Part shown: one piece after another, positions 12,383 to 23,402 of the stretch
Layout: the number at the start of each line of letters is the position of its first letter
Position numbering within the stretch: the first letter of the stretch is position 1
Origin: Eledone cirrhosa
Lineage: Eukaryota
Length of the DNA: 64,000 nt
Direction of reading: 5' to 3'
Assembly (NCBI GenBank): GCA_964016885.1
Contig: OZ024740.1
Span: forward strand, 61,504,001-61,568,000
Notes under the pieces: generated by a model
Databases searched by the model: none
Told to the model about the DNA's origin: nothing
Seen by the model: only the letters and a program-made list of their open reading frames with translations
Translations under genes and position numbers: made by a program

Positions 12383-13636
12383 ACTTAGCCTTTGTTGACC
12401 TAGAGAAGGCCTTTGATAGGGTACCCCGATCTGTCATCTGGTGGTCCCTAAGGAAGCTAGGTGTTGAGGAATGGCTTGTGAGGACAGTGCAAACTTTGTA
12501 CAGAGGTACTCTCAGTAAAGTCAGGGTAGGAATGGAGTTTAGTGAGGAATTCCAGATACAAGTAGGAGTACATCAGGGTTCGGTCCTCAGCCCGCTCTTG
12601 TTCCTTATAGTCCTCCAAGCCATAACAGAGGAGTTTAAGACTGGCTGTCCATGGGAACTTCTCTATGCTGACGATCTGGTTCTTATAGCAGAATCAGTAG
12701 AGGAGCTAGAGAATAAATTCTGGCTATGGAAACAGCAGTTGGAAGCAAGAGGACTGGGAGTGAACCTAGCTAAGACAAAAGTGTTGATGAGTAGAAAAGA
12801 GGACAAAACACTGATTCCGTCAGGGAAATAGCCATGTTCGATATGCAGAAAAGGAACTGGCATAAATTCTATAAAATGCACACAATGCAGATCCTGGGTA
12901 CACAAGAGAGGTAGCGGGATAGCAGGCAAACTAACAGGTAGGGAGAAATATGTATACAGTAGATGTCGCATTGATAGACACATTTTTCAAATGCAGGAGG
13001 GCGCTATAGAAGTGGTGGATAGCTTCCGGTACCTAGGAGATCAGATTAGCATGGGAGGAGGGTGTTCCGAGGCCATAGTATCTAGAATAAGGACGGGTTG
13101 AAGAAGTTTAGGGAGCTGCTTCCTCTGTTGACGAAGAAGGGTTTCTCCCTGCGTACGAAAGGCCGGTTGTATGATGCCTGTGTGACGAGCGCGATTTTGC
13201 ATGGTAGTGAGACATGGGCAGCTACTACAGAGGATATGCGACGGCTGGAGAGAAATGAGGCAAGCATGCTCTGTTGGATATGCAGTGTAAATGTGCGTGA
13301 ACGACCCAGCATAAATGTGTTGAGAGAGAAACTGTGTCTGAGAGGGATAGAATGTAGTGTACGGGAGAGGAGACTGAGGTGGTATGGACATGTGATGCGC
13401 ATGGAGGATGACCGATGGGTGAAGAAGTGCCAAGAAATGCCAGTTGAAGGAAGACACAGTAGAGGAAGACCACGAAAAATATGGGCGGAGGTGGTGAGAA
13501 CAGACCTCAGATCATTGAAGCTCACCGTGGAGATGACGAAGGACCGTGACGAGTGGAGAGATGCTGTGCTGAATAAGACCCGTCCCACCCTTGCAAGCAG
13601 GGAAAAGCGGACGTAAAATGATGATGATGATGATGA

Positions 13637-13638
<2 letters not shown>
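12383..13638 (+). mobile_element. RTE-C LINE, right part (stops/frameshift), ends in (GAT)n
   Basis: [35 protein letters not shown]; ORF fragments 12478-12831 and 13098-13616. Confidence 0.92.
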
Positions 13639-13683
<45 letters not shown>

Positions 13684-13744
13684 CACACATTTATATATAT
13701 ACATACGCACATATATATATATATATATATACATACACACATAT

Positions 13745-13855
13745 ATGGGGGTGGCTGCCAACTCGTTTTCGAGTACGGCCACTACTTTATATCCATGTAG
13801 GAGAACCCCTACCGATGCGCTGAACGAGTGTGACTTTTTAGTCCAGCCAGCTAGC
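13745..13855 (-). mobile_element. 3' end of BovB-like RTE (C2H2 tail LAGLKSHTRSAHR* + terminal hairpin)
   Basis: Homologous to 14641-14740 and to the ORF end at ~53000 ([13 protein letters not shown]). Confidence 0.7.
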
Positions 13856-14588
13856 GGGTTTTCTACGGCTGGATGCCCTTCCTAACACCAAACACGTTTA
13901 CAGTTTGGACTGGGAGGTTTTTACGTGTTACCTACACGGCCACATTGCAGCGTGGACTGTGTGTTTTTTTTGTCGTGACACCTACACGACCTCATTTGTT
14001 TCGGACTGGATGTTGTGGTACCAACATAACTTTACATTGAACGAGGTGGTGTGGATGGGGCGGGGGAGTAGTGGGACGAGGGTGTATTTTTGTTAGAGGT
14101 GCCTACTGACTGTAGGTTTCACTTTGTACTTAGGTAAGGCGGGTCTTCTGTATTACTGTGTAGCGCCAAAGATCTCGGTCCATTGACATTGTCTTGGAGA
14201 GGTGTAAGTGTGTGAGGTCGGAATTTATCAAGTCGTCCCAGGTTTTTCTGGGTCTGCCTACTCCGTGGCTACCGTCTATTTTTATTGCCCTGCACTTTTT
14301 TATACAGCTGTCGTCTTTCATGCGCATCACGTGACTGTACCAATGTAGTCTTCTCTCGAGTAAACATCTGATCCCTCTTATTTCTAATTTTTCCCTTAGT
14401 TCGTTTATGCTTTGCCATTCACGTATATTACTATTACACATCCAGCAGAGCATGCAAGCTTCGTTCCTCTCCCGTCTGCGTATATCCTCTGCACACAATG
14501 CCCAGGTCTCACTGCCATGTAACATTGCTCTTCGTATGCAGTCATCATACAGCCTGCCTTTCATTTTTAGAGAGAACCCTTTAGGGTT
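13856..14588 (-). mobile_element. RTE-B 3' fragment
   Basis: [13 protein letters not shown]...[14 protein letters not shown] plus partial 3' UTR. Confidence 0.9.
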
Positions 14589-14640
14589 ATATATATACAT
14601 ATATACATACACACACACATATATATATATATTTATATAC

Positions 14641-15242
14641 ATGGTGGCTCGTTTTCGAGTACGGCCACTACTTTATATCCATGTAGGAGAAACCCTACCG
14701 ATGCGCTGAACGAGTGTGGCTTTTTAGTCCAGCCAGCGACTTGAAAACTCTGGTACAAACACTACACTTGTGACAATTATTGACACATAGTGCTGGGCCC
14801 ATGGTACCATGTGACGACAAGTGCAGAGAGATCTCCAGATATAAAGCAATGCCTGTGCCGTGAAGCTTTTATAGTGAGCAAAGGCACTGCACAAAGCCAG
14901 TCCCACTCTCTTAACCAAGATGATATTTACCAAAAAGAAGAACAAGTCAACATCATTGGATACCATCAGGGTTGCAGGTGTTATATCAGAGTTTTCCTCC
15001 TTCTAGAATTCTGCCTTGACAAAGGCTAAGGGCTCATCTCTCCCGGTGATTTTGGATGGCCATTGACTCTTAAGAGCTCCTTTGCCCTTTGACAGGTTTT
15101 GTATTTTGTCCTGCAGGATGTCCAAAGTCACCCTCCTCACCAAGAAACCTTGGTGGGGTTCCCAGTTTAGTCGCCAACGACCCGACCATGGGACAGGTTG
15201 TACTGGGATACATGTTACCAGTAGCACCAAGTGGTGACCTGA
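14641..15242 (-). mobile_element. ~600-bp non-autonomous bipartite RTE derivative (5' UTR fused to C2H2/3' end)
   Basis: 5' part is similar to 56570-56840 (upstream of the BovB-like ORF); 3' part encodes [23 protein letters not shown]; TA/CA tracts on both sides. Confidence 0.65.
15160..15239 (-). ncRNA. candidate degenerate HDV-like ribozyme at an RTE 5' end
   Basis: P2 UCCCAGU/ACUGGGA, GG then hairpin GUCG-UUGG-CGAC, and CUAA directly before P2'; P1/P3 imperfect. Confidence 0.35.
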
Positions 15243-15366
15243 CATATATACATACATACATACATACATACATACACACATATATACATCCATACACACA
15301 TATATACATGATGGCTGCCCCCTCGTTATCGAGTATAGCCATTGCACGATATACCATTATTAAATA

Positions 15367-17170
15367 CACTGTAACAAAAAAATTTTCTTCTCTGTTCCTG
15401 GCTTGTAATCACTTTTTTTCTGTTGCTTAGGTCTCAAATAAATAAAAAAGTGCTATTAAACAGTTTGTGTTTGTAAAAATTCTAAGCTCTTCACTAAAAT
15501 TATTTGTATGCTGGAATTTACGTTGTATGTAAGTTTAATTTGCTTATGTTAAATGATTTTTTTTATATATGTTTCAGGTTAAATTAAAATTATAAAATAA
15601 AGAGTAATACCTAAAGAAAATTATAAAAGTAGTATAAAATTGTTAAAAAGTGGATTAAAGAGATTTATTGATACTGGATTTTTGCATCCTGAATAAAGGG
15701 TAAGTTGTGTTTTAAGCACAAATTTTCATTAGTATGATTAGTGTTCTTTTATATTATTTAAATATGTATTTCCCTTTCCAATATTGATTTTGTACTGCAT
15801 ATCAAATTGTTTTGCAAGATAATTATTCTTACGAAGAGGAGGAGATGGATGCTGAAGACTTAGATTACCTGCCTGAGGTACCAGAAAAAGATCCTCACTT
15901 CCCAAATCAAAAAGAAGTCAAGGACTTGGTCAGGGATATGGGTCTGACTAAGTCAAATGCAGAGCTATTCGTCTCCATGATGAAGCAGTGGAACTTGGTC
16001 AAGGAGGAAGTGCAGGTGACAAGTCAGAGAAGTCGACACAAACCTTTCTCAGGCTTTTACACTCTTAGGGATGGCCTCTGCTTCTGCCATGGCATGCCTG
16101 GACTGTTTGACGTTATTGGGGTGCCGTTTGTGCCCAAGGAGTGGCGGCTATTTATAGACAGCTCCACCACAAGTTTGAAGGCTGTCCTCCTCTACAATGG
16201 AAACAAGTTCCCGACACTGCCCCTAGCTCATTCAGTCTGCCTGAAGGAAGATTACTACAGTGTGAAAATCCTCTTGGAAGCTCTGCAATATAACCAGTAC
16301 AATTGGGAAATCATTGGCGACTTCAAGAAGGTGGCTTTCCTGCTTGGACTCCAAGGAGGCTTTATCAAATTCCAATGCTTCCTCTGCCTTTGGGACAGCA
16401 GAGCCACCTCTGACCACTACAAAAGAAAGAACTGGGAGCAACGAACAGAATTTCTAGTTGGGACCCAGAACGTCATGTGGGAGCCACTGGTTGATCCCAG
16501 GATTGTACTCATGCCGCCACTGCACATTAAGTTGGGGTTGATGAAGCAGTTTGTGAAGACTCTCAACCAAGAATCAGCCGCTTTTAAGTACCTTCTTGAG
16601 TTCTTCCCCAAGTTATCTGAGGCCAAAATCAAAGGTGGAATTTTTGTTGGACCCCAGATAAAGAAGGTGTTTGAGTCTACCGAGTTCTCAAATAAGTTCA
16701 ATAGGATTGAGAGAACAGCATGGAACTGTTTCAAAGCAGTTGTTAAGGGCTTCCTGGGCAACTACAGAGCTGAAAACTACCAGCAACTGGTGCAGGGTCT
16801 GATAAAGGCTTTTGGCGCCATGGGATGCAGGATGTCGCTTAAACTCCATATGCTGGACGCTCACCTGGAAAAATTCAAGGACAATATGGGCGCCTACTCA
16901 GAAGAACAAGGCAAACGATTTCACCAAGATGTGAAAGAGATAGAGTGGAGGTACCAGGGCCACTACAATGAAAAACTGATGGGGGACTATATCTGGGGGT
17001 TAGTGCGGGAATGTGACCTTGACTACAACCGCAAATCCAGGAAATCCAGTCATTTGACGTGTATAAGTTGCTTTATAAGTGTTATTTGTTTTTACTTGTT
17101 TGCTTTTGATAAGCTTGTGTAATAAAATAAATATATACTCTGTTGATTTAATTATATGAACTGATAAATT
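15367..17170 (+). mobile_element. Chapaev-like (CMC) DNA transposon, right end missing
   Basis: Begins CACTGTAACAAA; contains the transposase-like ORF; no matching right TIR seen. Confidence 0.55.
15812..17122 (+). CDS. Chapaev3-type transposase-like protein (probably decayed)
   Basis: EWRLFIDSS..SLKAVLL, IGDFK, CFLCLWDSR, PPLHIKLGLMKQFVK, GIFVGPQI, MSLKLH, SEEQGKRFHQD. Confidence 0.65.
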   Translation: MQDNYSYEEEEMDAEDLDYLPEVPEKDPHFPNQKEVKDLVRDMGLTKSNAELFVSMMKQWNLVKEEVQVTSQRSRHKPFSGFYTLRDGLCFCHGMPGLFDVIGVPFVPKEWRLFIDSSTTSLKAVLLYNGNKFPTLPLAHSVCLKEDYYSVKILLEALQYNQYNWEIIGDFKKVAFLLGLQGGFIKFQCFLCLWDSRATSDHYKRKNWEQRTEFLVGTQNVMWEPLVDPRIVLMPPLHIKLGLMKQFVKTLNQESAAFKYLLEFFPKLSEAKIKGGIFVGPQIKKVFESTEFSNKFNRIERTAWNCFKAVVKGFLGNYRAENYQQLVQGLIKAFGAMGCRMSLKLHMLDAHLEKFKDNMGAYSEEQGKRFHQDVKEIEWRYQGHYNEKLMGDYIWGLVRECDLDYNRKSRKSSHLTCISCFISVICFYLFAFDKLV

Positions 17171-17173
17171 TAA

Positions 17174-17410
17174 AAAGACTGTGCACTGAGCCAATCCCAC
17201 TCTCTGAGCGACAGTAGCTATAACCCGAAATGAAGAAAAGATCAACATCATCGGCAACTACTGAGCCGCATGTTTTATATCGGAGTTATCCTAGTTTCCT
17301 GAGTTGCCTTCTCCCAGAAGAATGCCCTGACAAAGTCTAGGGGTCCTTCCCTCCCAGTGGTTTAACCGCGCGATCGGGTGTCCAGCCCGACTATTTCTAT
17401 GTCCCCGCGT
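17174..17410 (-). mobile_element. BovB-like RTE 5' UTR fragment
   Basis: Closely matches 56617-56840. Confidence 0.75.
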
Positions 17411-18229
17411 ATATACATACACATACATGTGCATATACATATTTACACACTTTTGGATATATATACATACACACATATATACATATATACACATACATAT
17501 GTACATGTGTATATACATATTTACACTTTTGGATATATATACATACACACATATATACACACACACATACATATATACACACACATATATATATATACAT
17601 ACACATATATATACATACATATATACGCACACATTTATATATAGGGACTGTCCTGTGTATCATGTTTTTTTTTCCATTGTCCTCATCCACTTTTTAAAAA
17701 TTAATTTTAAAAGATCTGATTCTTTCAAATTTATTTGTGTTAAACATTACATTGCCTGTATTCTCTGTTCTTTTCTTCACTTTATTTCTCTCTGTTTGTT
17801 GTGTCTGGCTATTTAGTACTAATGTCCAAACTGTCTCTTCAACTTCGCATGTTGTGCATACTTTCTCTTCTCAGCTAATAGGTTGGGCATTGTTTTTATC
17901 TCTTTTTTTTTCAGTTGCAGCACATTGGTTTGTAGTAAATTTCATTTCATTTTATGTGTAAATAATCAAAATCCCATGTCCATTAGTTACAATCCAATGT
18001 GAACTGGAATTAGTTATATTGACATTAATGCACTGAAATCACAAGGACCTCCAGAGGACACCTGGTGAGAAGAGACTGTCCTATGTATTGTCCACTTTTT
18101 CATCGTCTTCACCCACTTTTAAAAAATATATATATCGATAGTCGATCGACTTTTGTCAAATTGGACTGAGGAAACAATGTTTCCATTGCTTGTTCCAATT
18201 GCTAATACTATCTATCGGTTGCAACTCCA

Positions 18230-18357
18230 GGTAGAAGGAGCAACATGAAATAAAGTGTCTTGCTTAAGGACACAACACATCGCCCAGTCTGGGAATCAAA
18301 CACTCAACCACATGATTGTGAATTCAATTCTCAAACCACTTAGCCACGTGCCTTCAC
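18230..18357 (-). mobile_element. tRNA-derived SINE 5' part, diverged
   Basis: rc resembles the SINE head/core at 22084 (TGGCTAAGTGG; CCTTAAGCAAGACACTTTATTTCA). Confidence 0.65.
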
Positions 18358-18419
18358 TATAAAAAAATATATAATCATACATATATATTTATATATATAT
18401 ATTATTGGTATCTGGTGGT

Positions 18420-18855
18420 CTTGAAAGACCACCAGAATATTGTGTCAACTGTGGCTGTACAGGCCCACATGGGAGTGGCAGTCATGTATACTGTGACTGC
18501 ATTTGAAGATGCTCTCCTCCTGTCCTATTGTGTTGTCCTTTTTCCAACCACGCTTTTCTTTGCAGCCAAGTTTCAATTGCAATACTTGTCTCCATTTTGG
18601 GTGATCATTAGCAACCTCTTCCCATCTCTAGATATCCAGATCTATTGACTTCATATCTTTCCTGCAGACGTCTTTGAAATGAAGATGGGGTTGTCCTCGT
18701 GTTCTTGTGCTGGTGGCCAGTTCCCCATACAGTAGGTCTTTTGGGATCCTCCCATCCGGCATACGATGTACATGACCAAGCCAGCACAGACAGCACTGAT
18801 GGAGCAGGGTGAATATGATGGGTATCTTGGCATAGTTGAGGACTTCAGTGTTGGT
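18420..18855 (-). mobile_element. old BovB-like RTE 3' coding fragment
   Basis: WLGHVHRMPDGRIPKDLLYGEL..RGQPHLHFKD. Confidence 0.75.
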
Positions 18856-20500
18856 GAATGCTTTTTCTAGGTCAATGAAAGCTAGGTGTAGTGGCTTATT
18901 TTTGAGTAAGAACTTCTCTTGTAGTTGCCTCATTAAAAAAGGGTGTCTGTAGTACTTTTCCCAGGCAAGAAACCAAACTGCATTTTATCTAATTTGATTA
19001 TTTCTCTAATTAGTTGTGCAATAACTCTTTCCTTACTTTCATAACTTATTCCACTAGTTTTATTCCACTCTAGCTGCTCCTATATAGGACATCACCTTTC
19101 ACCTTAGAGCAGTTTACAATTATACTGCTGTGCTAGTTATTGGTATGACACCATCCTGGATTACCTGATTGACTATGTGGGTTACTAGTTTGGCTCCTAC
19201 TTCTCTCGGATTAGCATTTCAGCAGTTACCACTGATTGTACTTTACCATTTTTCATCTCTTTTATTGCTTCTTTAACCCTAAAACTATCGATTTCAATAG
19301 CTGTCCTTCTTTTGGGTAAGTTAGGGGTAGTTTTTCTTCCTCCCATTCATTCTCTAGATTCATTAATCTCTCATAGTAACATTTCTAGGCTTTTTTTTTG
19401 AGCATCAGTGTCATTTCTAACACACTTTTCCCCAACAACATCATGATTCACACTGACACACTGCCTTGCAATGCGGAAAACTTTGCATCTCTGATCCTCA
19501 CATCTCAGGATGTTGGCAAACTTTCTTTCTTTCTTTAGCCTCTCTCCGAACTGTGTATATTTGTCGCCTAACCACCTTGCACTGGTCTCTGCTACCTCTA
19601 TTTTTCCAGTCTTTCCAAACCTGTCTCTTGGCTTTGATAGCTCTATCTACTGTGCTGTTCCACCACCAGGTCACCCTGTCTAGCTGGTGCTCTACTCCAG
19701 CCACAAGTCTCTTCAGTAGTTTGCAAAAGGTTGTCACATACGAATTTTCAGTTGTCCTCTATGTCACAGGTATCTAGCTAGTCACTTCTCTCACTAAATG
19801 CATCATATAGGGCCTTTCTAAACTTATATTTAATTGAGAGGTTCTTTAGCTTCCAGACTCTCCCTCTCCATATTTTCCAGTATGTTTGTTCAGTCTTGTG
19901 CTTATTTTGATGTCACTAATAACTAATTTGTGCTGAGCAGTGCATTTTTCCACAGGGAAGGCCTTACTATTTATGACAGTTAGTTTGTCTTTTTGTCTAA
20001 CAAGTAAATAGTCAATTGACAAAGTGGCTGGTTTCCTAAAATTTGTGCTGCAAATTATTAGTTCATTTGCATCACAGAATTCCAGGTGTCACAATTTCCC
20101 TTCATTTCTTGACCCATAACCATAGTCACCATGGACTTCGCTGAATCCGTCCTGGTAGTGTCCCACATGTGCATAGAAGTCACTTGCCATGACGATGAGG
20201 TCTCTTTCATCAGTACCTGAAGTCGTCTGTAAAAGTTCTTCATAGACACTGTTTGTTCTTTACTCAGTCCTGCCTGTGCATAGGTAGATGTAATTGTCAC
20301 CATTCTGTTTACTACAGTTAATCTAAGCATGATATTTGTGTTGCTTACTCTAACTACTATCACTTTATCTATCTATTTCTCAGCTAGTAAAATGCCTACA
20401 TTACGTAGCCCATCATTTCCTATCCAGTAAAGCTTGTATCTATGCTGTTTACCTGTCAGCAGTCTTGTTGAGGCACACACACACCTCTTGTACACAGCAA
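18856..20500 (-). pseudogene. heavily decayed RTE (APE to RT N-terminal half)
   Basis: Remnants STYAQAGL, VTWWWNSTVD, RQLQEKFLLKNKPLHLAFIDLEKAF. Confidence 0.8.
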
Positions 20501-20514
20501 ATGTCCATTATATA

Positions 20515-22070
20515 TCATCATCATCATCGTTTAACGTCCATCTTCCACGCTTGCATGGGTTTGGACGGGAATTTTCCCACTTGAGGCAAGATTGGTTGTC
20601 TTGCTCGTATAGGATTGTCTGGAGGATTTTCTATGGCTGGATGCCCTTCCTAACACCAACCACGTTTACAGTGTGAACTGGGAGGTTTTTACCGTGTTAC
20701 CTACACGGCCACATTACAGCGTGGACTGTGTGTTTTTTTTTCGTGACACCTACACGACCTCATTTATTTCGGACTGGATGTTGTGGGACCAACATAACTT
20801 TACATCAAAAGGGGTGGTGTGGATGGGGCGGGGGTGTATTTTTGTTAGAGTGCCTACTGACTGTAGTAGGTTTCACTTTGTACTTAGGTAAGGCGGGTCT
20901 TCTGTATTACTGTGTAGTGCCAAAGATCTCGGTCCAGTGACATTGTCTTGGAGAGGTGTAAGTGTGTGAGGTCGGAATTTATCAAGTCGTCCCAGGTTTT
21001 TCTGGGTCTGCCTACTCCGTGGCTACCGTCTATTTTTATCGCCCTGCACTTTTTTATACAGTTGTCTTTCATGCACATCACGTGACCATACCAACGTAGT
21101 CTTCTCTCGAGTAAACAACATCTGATTCCTCTTATTCCTAATTTCTCCCTTAGTTCATTTATGCTTTGCCGTTCACATATATTACTATTACACATCCAAC
21201 GGAGCATGCAAGCTTCGTTCCTCTCCAGTCTGCATATATCCTCTGCACACAATGCCCAAGTCTCACTGCCATGTAACATTGCTGTTTGTATGCAGGCATC
21301 ATACAGCCTGCCTTTCATTTTTAGAGAGAACCCTTTAGCGGCCAATAGTTGTATAAGCTCTCTGAACTTCTTCCATCCCGTTCTGACTCTAGCTACTCTA
21401 CTTTCAGAGCACCCTCCACCACTGCTGATTTTGTCACCCAGGTAACGGAAGGTGTCCACTATTTCTATAGAACCATCTGTGCAATGGAATGAGCTAGTAT
21501 TCTGTGGGCACTTGCTGCTACTTATTACACCTGAGCACCGGCCACATATAAAATCTATATTCTTAGTTAGCTTACCTGTGATCCTACTACATCTTTTATG
21601 CACCCATACTTTGCATTTGGGACATAAAATGGAGTTTCTGCCTACTCCTTTCCTACACACTGAGCATGGCCATTTCCCAGATGGGACCAGTGCCCTATTT
21701 TCCTTCCTACAAACTAGAACTTTAGTCTTTAGACAGGTTAATTTTAAGGCCTTTTGATTCTAGGCCATGCTTCCATGTTTGGAATTTCTTCTCTAGTTCA
21801 GCCATTGATTCAGCTATGAGCGTTAGATCATCTGCGTATAGAAGTTCCCATGGGCAGCCGGTCTTTAACTCCTTTGTTATAGCCTGAAAGGTTATAATAA
21901 ATAGTAGGGGGCTAAGGATGGAGCCCTGATGAACACCAACTTTTACGCTAAACTCTTCACTATATTAGTTGTTAATTCTAACCTTGCTGACTGTTTCTTT
22001 ATACATGGCTTGTATCGCTCTCACAAGCCATTCATCAACACCTAGTTTTCTAAGGGCCCACCAGATAATC
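20515..22070 (-). mobile_element. RTE-B, 5'-truncated, decayed
   Basis: YADD region, PHD finger, ORF 20884-21660, 3' UTR and (CAT)n tail on +. Confidence 0.92.
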
Positions 22071-22083
22071 GATATATATATAT

Positions 22084-22376
22084 GGAGGCACATGGCTTAG
22101 TGGTTACAGCATTGGCCTTGCAATCGATAGGTTGTGAGTTCAATTCTCAGACCAGGTGATGTGTTGTTTCCTTGAGCAAGACACTTTATTTCACATTGCT
22201 CCAGTTTACTCAGCTGTAGAAATGAGATGATGCAAAGTGGTCGTGTAGGTGCCACGGAATAACTCACTGTAAATGAGGTTGGTGTTAGGAAGGGCATCCA
22301 GCTGTAGAAATCAAGCCAGAATCAGTTCCTGTCCCACCCTTGCAAGCAGGGAAAAGTGAACGTATGATGATGATGA
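22084..22376 (+). mobile_element. tRNA-derived CORE-type SINE with RTE-derived tail
   Basis: A-box TGGCTTAGTGG, B-box GAGTTCAATTC, CCTTGAGCAAGACACTT core, RTE-like 3' end + (GAT)n. Confidence 0.85.
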
Positions 22377-23059
22377 TATATATAATTATTAAGGCCAATT
22401 ACTACAATGGTGCCATACCAGGAATATATGTTTTGTTGGACAGGAGGACTAATTTGTTCAATCTGTGTCAATGGAAATGTACGGGAAAATGTTTACTCAA
22501 AAAATAAAATAAAATAAGGAGAGCTCTAACAGGGAGAGGCAATAAGGTTAAGAGAGAGAAAGAGAAAGAAAAAGAGAGAGGGATGTAAAATCCCGACAGC
22601 GGCACCAAATGGTTTCAGCTTGCGTCAGCACTGCATACTCTCTCTCTCTCTGTATATATTATCTTTGTATTTAACTGTTCAAGATAAAGAGCACATTGAA
22701 GCATTTACTGAGTCAAAGATTTGATTTATCATGAAACAATATCATAATATTTGTAAAGTTTATTTTCTTTTTATTTCTACACAGATGGTAATCAGTCATT
22801 CCTATTGAACAAACAACAGATGGACATTTCATTTACTAAGAATTAATTCCACTTTTTCTATGATGTTTTATTTTCTATTTTCATATTTACGAGAATTAGG
22901 ATTTAGTAATCCCCCATATATGCTGTTGTCAGCATACAAAATATTGTATAATGCACAAGGTAGGTTTATATTATTGTTATATTGTTATATATGTATAACA
23001 TACAGGCAGGAAAATTTGAATAAATAGGGAACTACAAGTAGGAGTATCCCATCCCATAA

Positions 23060-23340
23060 CTCCTTGTGGAGTTGTAGAGGTACCGTCATATGGCATGTCT
23101 AAGGCACTTTTAAACCTGGCAGAGCCCAACCCTCTCCAGATCTGAACACAGCCGAATTTTTCTATAGAAAAAGAATTGACCCCAGTACTGGACTGGTACT
23201 TTTTTTATTGATCGTGAAAGTATGAAAGGCAAAGTTGACCATGGTGGGATTTGAACTCAGAGCACACAATGAGGTGGGACGAATACTGTAAAGCATTCTA
23301 TCCAACATCTTAACGACTCTGCAAATTCAGTGCCTTAAGT
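23060..23340 (-). mobile_element. tRNA-derived SINE of a second family (Meta-domain-like); related pieces at ~32200-32300, 33600-33770, 34340-34612
   Basis: rc GAGTTCAAATCCC B-box followed by GCCTTTCAT..GATCAATAAA..GTACCAGT. Confidence 0.6.
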
Positions 23341-23402
23341 AGGAGTATACAATCCATTTAATCCTTTTGAAAAGTCAACGGCGTAAAATACTATACTATG
23401 TT

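Noticed and set aside
22084-22160. tRNA gene
   Set aside because: A/B boxes continue into a SINE core and LINE tail; no complete cloverleaf
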